Part shown: positions 10,508-20,635 of the stretch, in pieces
Numbering within the stretch: position 1 is the first letter of the stretch
Layout of the letters: each line of letters starts with the position of its first letter
From: Bacillales bacterium UBA7581
GTDB taxonomy: Bacteria; Bacillota_I; Bacilli_A; RFN20; CAG-826
Length of the DNA: 64,000 bases
Assembly: GCA_002477825.1 (NCBI GenBank)
Contig: DLKT01000060.1
Coordinates: 16,616-80,615 of the forward strand
Direction: 5' to 3'
Notes under the pieces: generated by a model
Database searches by the model: none
Seen by the model: the letters and a program-made list of their open reading frames with translations, nothing else
Told to the model about the DNA's origin: nothing
Program-made: the position numbers and the translations under genes

Positions 10508-12106
10508 CTACATCATTTCGAGTAGGGATTCTGCGCCTTCAACTACATCTTTAATAATGGTTTTTGCTTCTTCAACTGTACATCCATTTTTGCTCTTATA
10601 AGCTGTTTGTACTAAAGCAACCGCGTCAGCAAGTGCATTAAAGATTGTTGTTTCATAGACAATGCCTTCCATAGCAATAATGTCTTCTGGGTTGCCTAAT
10701 GCTTTACAGGTAACATTGTTTTCAACCATCTTTTTATAATCATCAGATTCATAAACATTTTTCCAAGCTGGAATGTGTCCAGAGGAGCACCAGTTGGTCA
10801 AATTGTACATTTTCTTTTGTTCATTAAAACCTTGAGTATAGTATTTAATAAAGGTTAAAGCAGCAGCTACTTTTTTCATGCTCTTTGCGTGTCTAGTAAT
10901 AGAAACGGCATGTCCGTTACCATACCATTTATTTGCATTTTCTAAAGAAGCATTTTCTTCTAATGTCCACCAACCATTTGGGTGAGAAGCAACGAATGGT
11001 TTGCTATATACTGGATCCGCTGCATCTTCTGCAGTTACGCCTGAAGCATCACTAGCAGTCTTTAATTCGGAGTTATTCCAAGAGCCTTCAAAGGTGTTTG
11101 AAGCCCACCAAGGTCCTTCTGTAAACATAATGGTGTTGCCAGATGCAAACATTTCTTGGTTCGATGCACTTTCACCGATGAGCCTATTGTTAAATCTTTC
11201 AACTTGGTCTGTAATATAAGTTACAAAGCCTTCGTTTTTGTCAAAGCCGATTTTTGTTTGGCTTCCGTTAATTAAAGAGCCACCATTTGCATATAATGCG
11301 CTTAATCCATCTGGGTCAGTAGATTGATGGAAACTTGGGAAGAAAGCATTCTTATCAGCAACTTTCCAAGCATGATTTTGGCCACGGTTAATGTTACGAA
11401 TTAATAATTCGCCTGCATCTGCTTTGGCTCTAAGTCCTTCTAATAAGCTTTGATATTCAGCACGAGAATTTGGAATAAAGCGTGTGTTATTTTCAAAACC
11501 TAAACCATTTTTCTTAATAATGTCTTGACGTAAATAGGTTAAGAATCCATGAGCGTCCACAGGAACTGCAAAACGATGGTCCTCATATTGAGTAACACGG
11601 TCAATGTTCTCATAAACATTGCTAAAGTCCATAGGAACGCCTGCTCTGTCATATAATGAATCCAATGGATATAAATATCCTTTTGCTGCATATTCTGTAG
11701 TTTTTTCATTGTGCATGAAGCAAACGTCTGGGAAAGCATCATCAAAGTCGTTCTTCCATGTGGTGTCTAATGCAGTGTAATAGTCGAAGTGACCTTGATA
11801 AACTAAGTTAATCTTAATTTCGCCTAAATAGTCTTCGTTAAATTGGTCTACGATTGCTTGGAACTTCACTTGATCTGGGTCTCCAATAATGGACCAAACT
11901 TTAATTTGGACCTCCTCTTCAAATTCCACTAAACCATCTGCGTCCTTTGTAACATCATCAACGATTGAATCTGTTTCAAAAATTGAATCATCTGGGCCAG
12001 GTGGAGTAGACGGATCATCCGATCCACCGCATGATGTTAGACCAAGGCTTAACGATGCTAGTAAAACCGAAAGAGTCATTGTCAATAATCTTTTTGAATT
12101 TTTCAT
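10508..12106 (-). CDS. Extracellular solute-binding lipoprotein (ABC sugar transporter, family 1)
   Basis: Lipobox LGLTSCGG followed by a low-complexity linker. Its size and its position as first gene of the permease/ATPase operon fit a substrate-binding protein. RBS AAGGAGA (12114-12120, minus). Confidence 0.75.
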   Translation of the reverse strand: MKNSKRLLTMTLSVLLASLSLGLTSCGGSDDPSTPPGPDDSIFETDSIVDDVTKDADGLVEFEEEVQIKVWSIIGDPDQVKFQAIVDQFNEDYLGEIKINLVYQGHFDYYTALDTTWKNDFDDAFPDVCFMHNEKTTEYAAKGYLYPLDSLYDRAGVPMDFSNVYENIDRVTQYEDHRFAVPVDAHGFLTYLRQDIIKKNGLGFENNTRFIPNSRAEYQSLLEGLRAKADAGELLIRNINRGQNHAWKVADKNAFFPSFHQSTDPDGLSALYANGGSLINGSQTKIGFDKNEGFVTYITDQVERFNNRLIGESASNQEMFASGNTIMFTEGPWWASNTFEGSWNNSELKTASDASGVTAEDAADPVYSKPFVASHPNGWWTLEENASLENANKWYGNGHAVSITRHAKSMKKVAAALTFIKYYTQGFNEQKKMYNLTNWCSSGHIPAWKNVYESDDYKKMVENNVTCKALGNPEDIIAMEGIVYETTIFNALADAVALVQTAYKSKNGCTVEEAKTIIKDVVEGAESLLEMM

Positions 12107-12121
12107 TGTTTTTTCTCCTTT

Positions 12122-12148
12122 CTTACAATTATATTGTAAGTGCTTACA
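12122..12148 (-). promoter_or_regulatory. cre-like catabolite-responsive element overlapping a CTTACAA-N5-TTGTAAG palindrome in the 5' UTR of the locus-1 operon
   Basis: TGTAAGTGCTTACA at 12135-12148 matches cre consensus WTGNAANCGNWNNCW with one central mismatch. It overlaps the inverted repeat CTTACAATTATATTGTAAG (12122-12140). It lies 16-40 bp upstream of the solute-binding-protein start codon. Confidence 0.4.
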
Positions 12149-12243
12149 CCTTTATTTTCTAAAAAATTCTCTTTGATTTCAAGTAAATGTTTACATTAAG
12201 ATTAATGCAACTTTTTTACATTTTTTTCTTTCTACTTAAGTTT

Positions 12244-12284
12244 TAAAAAAGAAAAAACCTATTTCATACAAAACAGGTTTCTTT
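12244..12284 (-). terminator. Rho-independent terminator downstream of membrane-protein gene 12291-13550
   Basis: Minus-sense hairpin AAACCT-N14-AGGTTT followed by a TTTTTTCTTTTTT run. Confidence 0.5.
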
Positions 12285-12290
12285 AAATTG

Positions 12291-13550
12291 TTAATAAGTT
12301 TTTCCTTCGTATTGGTCATCAAAATCGCCTTCATCGATATGCTTTAAATCAACGACATAACTATGGCCAATTAAATCAAGAACACTTGTTTTATAGTGCA
12401 TAAATAATGTGGAAACATAATTTATGACACTGACGGCGGCTATTATAACTAGAATAAACGCCATGGTTAAAACTTTAGAATTGGCAAAAAGTGGAATAAA
12501 TATAAAATCATAAATGCCATTGAATGGCGGTAGAAGATACATAAATAGCATAGTGGACATAAAGCCTATTGCTCCTAATATAGAATGTATTAATACAATA
12601 TACCAAGGTAATCTTTCTCGTTCAGGCACAATCACACCTAATTTCATCACCAAACGACCTATAGTTCTTTCGTCTTTTAAAAGAAGTTTTGGTAATAAAA
12701 TAGCAAGAAGATAACCACAAACCATGCTACTTAAAAGCGTATAATTTACGAGTTGCCCTTGTTGATTAAAGGCTGCACGATATTCTAGGTAATGTGTTGT
12801 ATAGTAGGGTTCACTACGGACTAAAAGGATTTCTGCATTACTTAACATATTTGAATAACCCGTATAAAAGGAAAAGTAAACATCTTTTCCGCTATTACCT
12901 AAATCATCATTTTCATCTACAAATAGGTAATGGTACATTTTGTTTGCCGCTGCACTCGTTAGCATAGGAACATTCACGCCATCATTATTTCGTAAGAATA
13001 TTTCTTTTGATTCAAACTGAGTATTATAAACACTATATAAATATTCTAATGGTGTCTGCCCATGAAAATTCACGATTTGCATATCTCCATGATTTACTAC
13101 ATAATTGGTATAAAAATAAGAAATAGTATCGTTATCTAAAGAAGCCTCTCCATAATTACTTACTGTTTTTTCTTTACCTAACAATTGATCTTCTGGAATA
13201 ACAAAGTCAGGATCTGATGAATGATTATAAGCATGTAAAATTGCACGACAAGCATTTTCTAATACAAGGACATCCTCATCTTTTCTTATTTTCTTTTCTT
13301 CGTCAATGAATTCAACAACTTTTGTGTCAGAAAAAAGTTCATTATAATACTTAACTTCTTCTTGAATTTTGTTTTGTGCATTATGGTAGCTTCCACTATT
13401 CTTGGTGATTTGGAACCCACCCAAGAAAATAAGATAAGAGACAAAAAACACGATAACAAAATCAATGCAAAAAGACACAAAACGCTTCCCAGGCTTAGCC
13501 GGGGAAGCACGTTTTAATAATTCATGAGTTGTTTCAAAGTTGATCTTCAT
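12291..13550 (-). CDS. Hypothetical polytopic membrane protein (N-terminal RDD-like TM segment, large extracytoplasmic middle region, C-terminal TM bundle)
   Basis: Hydrophobic segments RFVSFCIDFVIVFFVSYLIFLGGF and C-terminal LLAILLPKLLL...MLFMYLLPPF...ILVIIAAVSVINYV. No recognisable catalytic motif. Confidence 0.45.
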   Translation of the reverse strand: MKINFETTHELLKRASPAKPGKRFVSFCIDFVIVFFVSYLIFLGGFQITKNSGSYHNAQNKIQEEVKYYNELFSDTKVVEFIDEEKKIRKDEDVLVLENACRAILHAYNHSSDPDFVIPEDQLLGKEKTVSNYGEASLDNDTISYFYTNYVVNHGDMQIVNFHGQTPLEYLYSVYNTQFESKEIFLRNNDGVNVPMLTSAAANKMYHYLFVDENDDLGNSGKDVYFSFYTGYSNMLSNAEILLVRSEPYYTTHYLEYRAAFNQQGQLVNYTLLSSMVCGYLLAILLPKLLLKDERTIGRLVMKLGVIVPERERLPWYIVLIHSILGAIGFMSTMLFMYLLPPFNGIYDFIFIPLFANSKVLTMAFILVIIAAVSVINYVSTLFMHYKTSVLDLIGHSYVVDLKHIDEGDFDDQYEGKTY

Positions 13551-13561
13551 AAGCTCTTTGA

Positions 13562-14716
13562 CTAGTCAGCTGCCCAATCAGAATCAGCAAGGAATCTTAC
13601 ATTTTCAATGCTATTAATTGCTGCACGAACTGTTTCTGCATCTTGTGTAGCAGAATAATTTTGATATACAGCATCAGATTGGAATTGGAAGAAACCACAA
13701 GTCGATTTTACTGCATTACCATCTTTATCTGTGAATAGGTAAGGTAAAACCTTCATAGATGCAGCATAGTTATCATTAACCCACATATGGAAATCATAAC
13801 CATCATGTGCTACTTTCATTTTAAATTTTGTAGCTGCAGTTGAACCTTCTTCAAATTTTGATGTTGATGTAATGGATTGTCCTTCTGGTAAGGTATAGCA
13901 AGCATCTGCGTGACGAGCAATAGAATTGCCTACGCCATCATTCCAAGCCCAAGAGCCACCATTATATACTTCGCAGAATCCAAAATTCTTCCAAATATAA
14001 TTTTCTTTTGAGCCAATTGCAGCATCTAAGAAGAAGTATACTCTATTTTCTGATCCTTCAGCGGCATTATCCATTGCACTAGCAACAATACCAAACTTAG
14101 GATATTTTTCATCTTTATAAACTTCTTTAATAGTCACTTCAACTTCTGTCATCCAAATAGTGGAATCAATACCATTGACAAAGTAATCGCCACTTTGCAT
14201 TGCTTTCGTTTCCACAATACCACCATCTTCTATAAGTTCTTTAGAGAAGTCATCGTCTGATGAAATAGTGGATGTTTCGTGATTGAAATAAACATCTTTA
14301 ACTGTAATTTTGAAAGAGCAGGTTTTCTTCGTATCTGCAGTTGAAGTTACAGTAATATTAGCAGAGCCACTCTTTAATGCAAAAAGGTATTTTGATTTGT
14401 CCGGAATTGAAACTACCTCTGGGTTATCGGACACATATGTGCATTGTTTTTGCTTGTTATTTAATGAAGCATAACCTTTTAATTCATAAAAAGCACTTAC
14501 TGCCTTTTTATCTCCCACACGTATTTCAAAACTTTCTGATAATGCTGTCAAACTTTTAATTACGCTTTTTTCTTCATTTGAAGTTGGTGCAGTTGTTGTT
14601 TGAGGATGATCTCCTCCAGTAGTTGGATCGTTTCTTTTTCCACCACATGAAGCCACGCTAAGTGTACTTCCAAGAAGGAATAAAGCAACTAAACTTTTAA
14701 AGATTTTCTTTTTCAT
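13562..14716 (-). CDS. Surface lipoprotein with a BIG2-like Ig domain and the shared PKFG-type C-terminal domain
   Basis: Lipobox LSVASCGG. Ig-like block NITVTSTADTKKTCSFKITVKD. C-terminal YPKFGIVASAMD...W..W domain homologous to regions of genes 17716-20487, 38564-40657 and 40669-42480. Confidence 0.6.
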   Translation of the reverse strand: MKKKIFKSLVALFLLGSTLSVASCGGKRNDPTTGGDHPQTTTAPTSNEEKSVIKSLTALSESFEIRVGDKKAVSAFYELKGYASLNNKQKQCTYVSDNPEVVSIPDKSKYLFALKSGSANITVTSTADTKKTCSFKITVKDVYFNHETSTISSDDDFSKELIEDGGIVETKAMQSGDYFVNGIDSTIWMTEVEVTIKEVYKDEKYPKFGIVASAMDNAAEGSENRVYFFLDAAIGSKENYIWKNFGFCEVYNGGSWAWNDGVGNSIARHADACYTLPEGQSITSTSKFEEGSTAATKFKMKVAHDGYDFHMWVNDNYAASMKVLPYLFTDKDGNAVKSTCGFFQFQSDAVYQNYSATQDAETVRAAINSIENVRFLADSDWAAD

Positions 14717-14960
14717 GTCGTATCTCCTTTTCTTTTTTTAAATACAATATCATGTTAATGAAATCGCTTTCAGTTGTCAAACAGCAATTTTAACTTTAAA
14801 AATTTTGAAAAATGGCAAAAAAGCCCATTATTGTAGGCTTTTTCTTAATTTTATTAGTGATTCAAACACTTTTCACATTATTTTTAATGCTCTATAATGA
14901 ATACAAATTTAAAAAGAAATACTATATAGTATTTCATGTAAGGAGTTAGACGTTTTCTTT

Positions 14961-16400
14961 ATGTTAAAAGCAATTCAAAATTTCTTTAAACCCATAGATT
15001 TAACTAAGGGCAAACCATGGAAAGTCATCTTAATATTTGCTATTCCAATTTTAATTTCTACGATTCTTAATAGTGCTTTTTCTTTAATTAATGCTTTAGT
15101 TTTAAAAGTGAATGTCGGCGGCGATAGTGTTACTGCCATTAACTCCACTTCTCCTATCTCTAGCATTCTATTTAACTTTGCTTATGGTTGTAGTAGTGGC
15201 TTTGCCGTTATTGCTTCCAATCAGCACGGCGCTAAAGATGATGATGGCGTGAAAAGGTCTTTTTATCATTCCATTTTTCTTTCCTTACTCCTCGCTCTTG
15301 TGATTATGATTATTGGTTTAATCTTCTATAAAGACTTATTAAAATTATTAAATATTGACGAGAGATACCTAACCAAAGCAGGTAATTACTATCAAATTAT
15401 TCTTTGTAGTTTTGTATTTATGATGCTATCTAACTTTTTAGGTAACTTTTTAAGAGCTATAGGTAACTCTTCTATTCCATTAGTTATTTCATTAGGCGCC
15501 ACATTAGTAAATATTGGTATGGCTTTCTTACTTACTGGCCCTATCCATTTAGACACTAGAGGCGTCGCTTTAGCAACGCTCAGCGCAAACCTATTTAATA
15601 CCGGCATTACGCTTTTCTATATTTATAAAAAGCATCCTTTCTTACGTTTAAAAAAAGAAAATCTAAAGATTGAGAAGGAAATGATCGGCAACTTATTAAA
15701 GATGGGACTTCCTTTAGGATTACAATGGTCTATTCTTTTTGTAGGATCTTTCATCCAAGCACAAAAGGTCAATGGATTTGGTGGCTTAGCCACAAAAGCT
15801 GTTAGTTGCTATTCTCCAATGGAAGGCTATTTAACCATTCCTTTAAGTGTTATGGCATCTAGTTTATTAAGTTATGTTGGACAAAATTACGGTGCGAAAG
15901 AAAAAAAGCGAATCAAGAATGGTATTCGTGATGTCTTTGTAATCGACATTATTTGCTACGCTCTTATCGTCATCATTGGTTTTATCATTATTCCTTATGT
16001 TCCTTATATCTTCCTTCCTAAAAACGAATTGACCGGTGAAGAGGGAAGCAAAATTATGTATTATTGTTCCACTTATTTAAAAATATTAATCCCTTTCTTA
16101 ATTATGCAAGGTATTGTCCAGATGTCGAGATCTTGCTTACAAGGTATTAAAAAGCCTGTCATTCCTTTTCTCAGTGGAATAGGGGAATTACTTGCTCGTG
16201 TTGCTATTTGCTTATTTATTCCAAAATGGATTAATCCTTCTAATCCAATGAGCAATGAATCATATTTAGGCATATGCTTTTCCACTCCTATCGCTTGGGT
16301 GGTCAGTGCTCTTATCATGGGTGGTAGTGTGATCTACATTATCTTTATTAAAAATCTTCGCTCGTTAGATCAAATTACAGACATAGAAAAAGAGGCTTGA
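14961..16400 (+). CDS. MATE/MOP-superfamily efflux transporter (12-TM)
   Basis: 479 aa with about 12 hydrophobic segments. The N-terminus KPWKVILIFAIPILISTILNSAFSLINALVLKVNVGG is typical of MATE family proteins. Confidence 0.55.
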   Translation: MLKAIQNFFKPIDLTKGKPWKVILIFAIPILISTILNSAFSLINALVLKVNVGGDSVTAINSTSPISSILFNFAYGCSSGFAVIASNQHGAKDDDGVKRSFYHSIFLSLLLALVIMIIGLIFYKDLLKLLNIDERYLTKAGNYYQIILCSFVFMMLSNFLGNFLRAIGNSSIPLVISLGATLVNIGMAFLLTGPIHLDTRGVALATLSANLFNTGITLFYIYKKHPFLRLKKENLKIEKEMIGNLLKMGLPLGLQWSILFVGSFIQAQKVNGFGGLATKAVSCYSPMEGYLTIPLSVMASSLLSYVGQNYGAKEKKRIKNGIRDVFVIDIICYALIVIIGFIIIPYVPYIFLPKNELTGEEGSKIMYYCSTYLKILIPFLIMQGIVQMSRSCLQGIKKPVIPFLSGIGELLARVAICLFIPKWINPSNPMSNESYLGICFSTPIAWVVSALIMGGSVIYIIFIKNLRSLDQITDIEKEA

Positions 16401-16414
16401 GCCTCTTTTTTAGA
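16386..16414. terminator. Bidirectional rho-independent terminator between the convergent MATE and LacI genes
   Basis: AAAAGAGGCTTGAGCCTCTTTTTT: a GC-containing stem flanked by an A-run and a T-run. Both stop codons lie within or adjacent to it. Confidence 0.55.
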
Positions 16415-17393
16415 AATACTTTCTTTGATGTAATTTAACAGGTAGTTTTACTACCTTTTTTTCACGTTTCATATTCTTTAATTTTTCTTGTAAAAGCGTG
16501 AAGGCTGTATGGCAAATTTCATCATAATCATAGTCAATTGAAGTAATATCCATTAAGCCACATACACGAGTGGATAAACAGTCAAATCCGATAATATGTA
16601 AACGTGGATACACCTTTCTAACGTTAGGAATTTCTTTATTTAATACCTTTAAAAGCGTGTACGCTAATTCATCATTAAAGCAGAAGATGCCTAAATAACC
16701 TTGGTTAATTAAATTAATCATTTGGCTATTCATTTGTTTTTGATCTAAAATCAAACATTCACTATCAGGAAGTAAGGTGCTCAATGTTTGTTGGAAAGCT
16801 TTTTGTCTTCTTCTAGAGCATTCAACATTTGGCATTTTAATATAAACAAATTTATCTAATTTATGATAATTCACTAAGTAGTTAGCGGCTAACTTACCAC
16901 CTAATTCATCATCGGTATAGATTTCATCAATATAATCTTTGTTGACTTGACGACCAATAATGACGAGTGGAATGTGATTTAATTTTGCGTTTTCAATTAC
17001 GGAATCTTCAGGTTCTAGAAGCGTAATAATGCCATCAATTCTTTGGGAAATACATTGTTTTAACACATCAAGTTCTAGTCTTTTACTGGAAGCATAAACA
17101 ATCGTAAAGTCATAATTCTCTTCTGAGAAAATACTAACTAATTTTTCACAAACAATAGAAAAGTACATATTCTTCAAACTATTGACAATAACCGCTACTA
17201 AGCGCTTGCCATCCCGTTTAATAAACTGTGAAACATTGTTCGGCATATAGCCTAATTCATAGGCTTTTTGACGTACTCTTTCTTTGGTTAAGTCACTAAT
17301 ATCATCACAATCTCTTAAAGCACGAGAAACTGTATTAATCGATAAACCTAATTCATAAGCAATACTTTTTAAACCTGTTGATCGAGGATTCAT
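16410..17393 (-). CDS. LacI family transcriptional regulator
   Basis: N-terminal HTH IAYELGLSINTVSRALRDCDDISDLTKERVRQKAYELGYMPN plus a periplasmic-binding-fold sugar sensor. The track ORF begins at a TTG at 17423. The preferred start is the ATG at 17393, preceded by a perfect RBS AAAGGAGA. Confidence 0.85.
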   Translation of the reverse strand: MNPRSTGLKSIAYELGLSINTVSRALRDCDDISDLTKERVRQKAYELGYMPNNVSQFIKRDGKRLVAVIVNSLKNMYFSIVCEKLVSIFSEENYDFTIVYASSKRLELDVLKQCISQRIDGIITLLEPEDSVIENAKLNHIPLVIIGRQVNKDYIDEIYTDDELGGKLAANYLVNYHKLDKFVYIKMPNVECSRRRQKAFQQTLSTLLPDSECLILDQKQMNSQMINLINQGYLGIFCFNDELAYTLLKVLNKEIPNVRKVYPRLHIIGFDCLSTRVCGLMDITSIDYDYDEICHTAFTLLQEKLKNMKREKKVVKLPVKLHQRKYF

Positions 17394-17647
17394 TATGATT
17401 CTCCTTTCGCATGATTTTAACAATATATATTTTAAAAGAAATCCACTTTATTTTCAAGTTTGTTATTTGAAAAGGATGGCATTACTTGAAAGCATTAATT
17501 ATAAGCACGCTAAAACAATCCTTTCAATTTTTTTAAAGAAAAGAGAAATGCTAATAATAAACCTACTTTCAAGTTAATTGAGTACCTTCAAATAGGGTGC
17601 TAATAAAAATTTGAATTAAAAATATGGATGATGATCTAATTTTGCTA

Positions 17648-17698
17648 GAAAAAAAGAGAGAGTAAGTTAGAAAAGACTTAATTTCTCTCTCTTTTATA
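17648..17698 (-). terminator. Rho-independent terminator downstream of lipoprotein gene 17716-20487
   Basis: Inverted repeat AAAAAGAGAGAG-N21-CTCTCTCTTTTT, with a T-run in minus sense. Confidence 0.55.
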
Positions 17699-17715
17699 TT
17701 AATTTTTAGAAATAA

Positions 17716-20487
17716 TTAATCCACTAAACCGACTGCGCCAGTTTTGGCATGTGGACCTTCGATTATATTACCTGTAATCTTTACAGAATTGATTGTATGG
17801 GTTCCTTCCATTTGGAATAACATGCCAAAGCAAACTTCCATTTTCTTATCAGTTGGGAAAGCAAGGCTTTCATAGGTTACTGTTGCAAAATTTCCTGCTT
17901 CATCGCCCGCTTTTGCAGTAACAATGGTTACAATGCTAACTTTTCCCGTTTCATGTGAGAATGAAATTGTTTGAAGTAAATGACAATTATCTAAAACAGA
18001 ATCTTTATAAGCTGCGAATCCGCCCTCTTCTTGATTAACAAAGTTATTAGTCCAACCGCCACAGTTTCCATCTTTATTTGCTTGATCTGCTGGGAGGCCT
18101 TTTCCGTTAGCAGGATTGTAATATCCCCATCCCCACCAGTCTTGTCTCCAAACCCATTTATGGGTATCATTATTATCAAATTCTCCAGAATCATTTTCAA
18201 CTTGAACTTGACCAGCCCATCCACGAGCTGCATCCTTATTACCATTCGTACGAATCATATCGACATCTAAGGTAATCGTCCAATCCGCATTACCATTCAT
18301 AACACCAAGAATAAAGTTGTTGGTTTGCCAATCAGTTTTAGCTGGATAATCAAACACTGTTTTCTTCTCTAAGCGGTTATTACAGCAAGACCAGACACCA
18401 TCAGCGTAACTTCCTTCATGGTGAGATAAATCTTTTGGTAAAGTAACTTCAACATCTTCATGGCAAGAAGTACATTTGGTTGTTCCTTTTCCTTCTTTTA
18501 AGCAAGTAGCAGCTTCCACTGTTGTAATGTTGTTATTATCAATAGTGTGTTTACCATTGCTGGCAATTACTTCAGTTTCAGAATGTCCACATAAAATACA
18601 ATCACGACGTTTATTACCATCTACTGTACATGTAGCGGCATTTTCAGTATACCAAGCGCCATAAACGTGGCTATCTTCTGTTGGACAAATTAAAGTTTCA
18701 TCAACTTTAGCTAAAAGACCATCCTCAGTAATCTTAAGATTTTCAGCAAGTTTAGTGCTTCCCCACCATGGACAAGATTTCCACTCTGATGCTGGGTTAG
18801 AACCCATAGAAACACCAATGACAGTGTCTTTGGTAACTAAGTTTTCAGTTCTACCTCTATTCATGTCTTCATAAGAAGAGAACACTTCAAACACCATATG
18901 GTATTGTCCATTTTCTTCAGCTGGTGAAGAAACATAGAAACCGGTGTAATTAGAGGTTTTATTTCCACTAATCCAACCTTGACCATCCATTTTATCTGGA
19001 TTAATACCACCGATGATACCATACTTATCAACAAATCTAGTTTCAAAGTTATCATTCATCCACCATTCGTTACTAGCGTTTCCACTCTTTTGAGCATTCA
19101 CCCAGTAATCCGCGAAGAGATAGACACCTTTGGAGTTTCTAGATCCATAGAAGTCAATGTGTTCATTTGTGCCTTTTAAAGTTAAAGTATATTTATTTTC
19201 CTTAACAGTATCAGTCCAAATTAAATCATCCATTTTAGCATCTAATACAACTTTGAATTTTGCATCATCGGTAACTTCAACATTAAAGGTCTTTTCAATG
19301 TCACCATATTTTACAGTAATAACAGCATTACCAGGTTTTTCAGTTGCCGTAACTTTACCAGTAGAGTCTACTGTAGCAACGGTTTCATCGCTAGAAGTAA
19401 AGGTTAATTTATTTCTATTGTAATTTAATGTGTTGGTTGTAACTCTTAAAGTATAAGATTCATTTAAGAATAATGTGGTTGCATCAAGTGAGAGTTTTAA
19501 TTCTGTTACTTCACCATACATCTTATCCACATCATCACCAGTTAGAGCTTTGAAATCTTTAACGGTAACGGCGGTCGCCCAGCCACCAACCCAAGCATAG
19601 GATGGTTCATCAGCGGCAATACCCATCCATTGAACGTGATTATAGCAGTAGATTTCTTCACCTTTCATTGTGAAGAGATAATAATCAATACCATCTCTTA
19701 AAAGGCCCATTCTAAATTCTTTGTTTTGCTCAACTTTATCATCGTTTGAAACGTTGAAGTAACCTGTTTGTCCCCCCCAGTTCCAATCGTTAAGTAATTC
19801 GGTTTGAGTAACAAAGTTAAATGCTGTCCAACCTTTTGCTAAGTTGCTCTTTTGAGCATCAACATAGAAGAAAGCATTTTTAAATTTTTCATCAGCAATG
19901 TTCCAATAACCATGATCACTTGTACCTGTCATAAGACCGAATTTTGGAAAACCATCGGTTTCATGGAAATCAGACATCATAATGTTAGCTTCTACATACC
20001 ATTTGGTTCCATAGACGCCATCATAAACCATGGCAACATCTTCAACTTCCGTAGAAATAGATCCATCTGTTAAGAACATAGAAGTATCTAGATTTCCTCT
20101 AGAATTGAAGATATCAATAGCGGTATGTACGACTTTGAATTTTACACTATCGAATTTTGTTTTATCGTCAGTACTTGTGGCGGTAATAGTAACTTCTTTG
20201 TCTTCCGCAACTTTTTGGAATTTTACTTTTCCATTTTTAACAACCGCAACAGTCTCGTCGGAAGTAGACCAAGTTACTTTCAACTTTTCTTTGCTGGCTG
20301 TAACTTCAGCTTTTAAAGTTAATTCTGAACCACCTAAAACAGTCAAATCATCATAGCCTGAGATTTTAACTGAATCAACGGTAATTTGTTCTACCGAAGA
20401 AGTAGTAGGTGCTGGTTTTGGACCACAACTTGCTAAACCGACGAGCAAGATTGCAGACAAAGCCAATATAGGCAATTTCATTTTCAT
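17716..20487 (-). CDS. Large surface lipoprotein (923 aa) with BIG2-like repeats, PKFG-type domains and a cysteine-rich segment
   Basis: Lipobox LASCGPKPAPTTSS. Ig-like repeats KVTWSTSDETVAVV and LTFTSSDETVATVDSTGKVTA. Domains FPKFGLMTGTSDHGYW...LRDGIDYYLF. Cysteine-rich stretch CPTEDSH...CTVDGNKRRDCILCGH...CLKEGKGTTKCTSCHED...WSCCNN. Confidence 0.6.
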   Translation of the reverse strand: MKMKLPILALSAILLVGLASCGPKPAPTTSSVEQITVDSVKISGYDDLTVLGGSELTLKAEVTASKEKLKVTWSTSDETVAVVKNGKVKFQKVAEDKEVTITATSTDDKTKFDSVKFKVVHTAIDIFNSRGNLDTSMFLTDGSISTEVEDVAMVYDGVYGTKWYVEANIMMSDFHETDGFPKFGLMTGTSDHGYWNIADEKFKNAFFYVDAQKSNLAKGWTAFNFVTQTELLNDWNWGGQTGYFNVSNDDKVEQNKEFRMGLLRDGIDYYLFTMKGEEIYCYNHVQWMGIAADEPSYAWVGGWATAVTVKDFKALTGDDVDKMYGEVTELKLSLDATTLFLNESYTLRVTTNTLNYNRNKLTFTSSDETVATVDSTGKVTATEKPGNAVITVKYGDIEKTFNVEVTDDAKFKVVLDAKMDDLIWTDTVKENKYTLTLKGTNEHIDFYGSRNSKGVYLFADYWVNAQKSGNASNEWWMNDNFETRFVDKYGIIGGINPDKMDGQGWISGNKTSNYTGFYVSSPAEENGQYHMVFEVFSSYEDMNRGRTENLVTKDTVIGVSMGSNPASEWKSCPWWGSTKLAENLKITEDGLLAKVDETLICPTEDSHVYGAWYTENAATCTVDGNKRRDCILCGHSETEVIASNGKHTIDNNNITTVEAATCLKEGKGTTKCTSCHEDVEVTLPKDLSHHEGSYADGVWSCCNNRLEKKTVFDYPAKTDWQTNNFILGVMNGNADWTITLDVDMIRTNGNKDAARGWAGQVQVENDSGEFDNNDTHKWVWRQDWWGWGYYNPANGKGLPADQANKDGNCGGWTNNFVNQEEGGFAAYKDSVLDNCHLLQTISFSHETGKVSIVTIVTAKAGDEAGNFATVTYESLAFPTDKKMEVCFGMLFQMEGTHTINSVKITGNIIEGPHAKTGAVGLVD

Positions 20488-20635
20488 TGTGTTTATCCTC
20501 CTCTAAATTACCTTTTAATTTCAGTGATTAGAACACTAAAAAATGTTGTAATCGCTTTCATCACTTTCATTTTAATATGAATGTTATGGTATCGCAAACA
20601 TTAAAAATAATGTGGGTAGCGATTTTTTCCAATTC

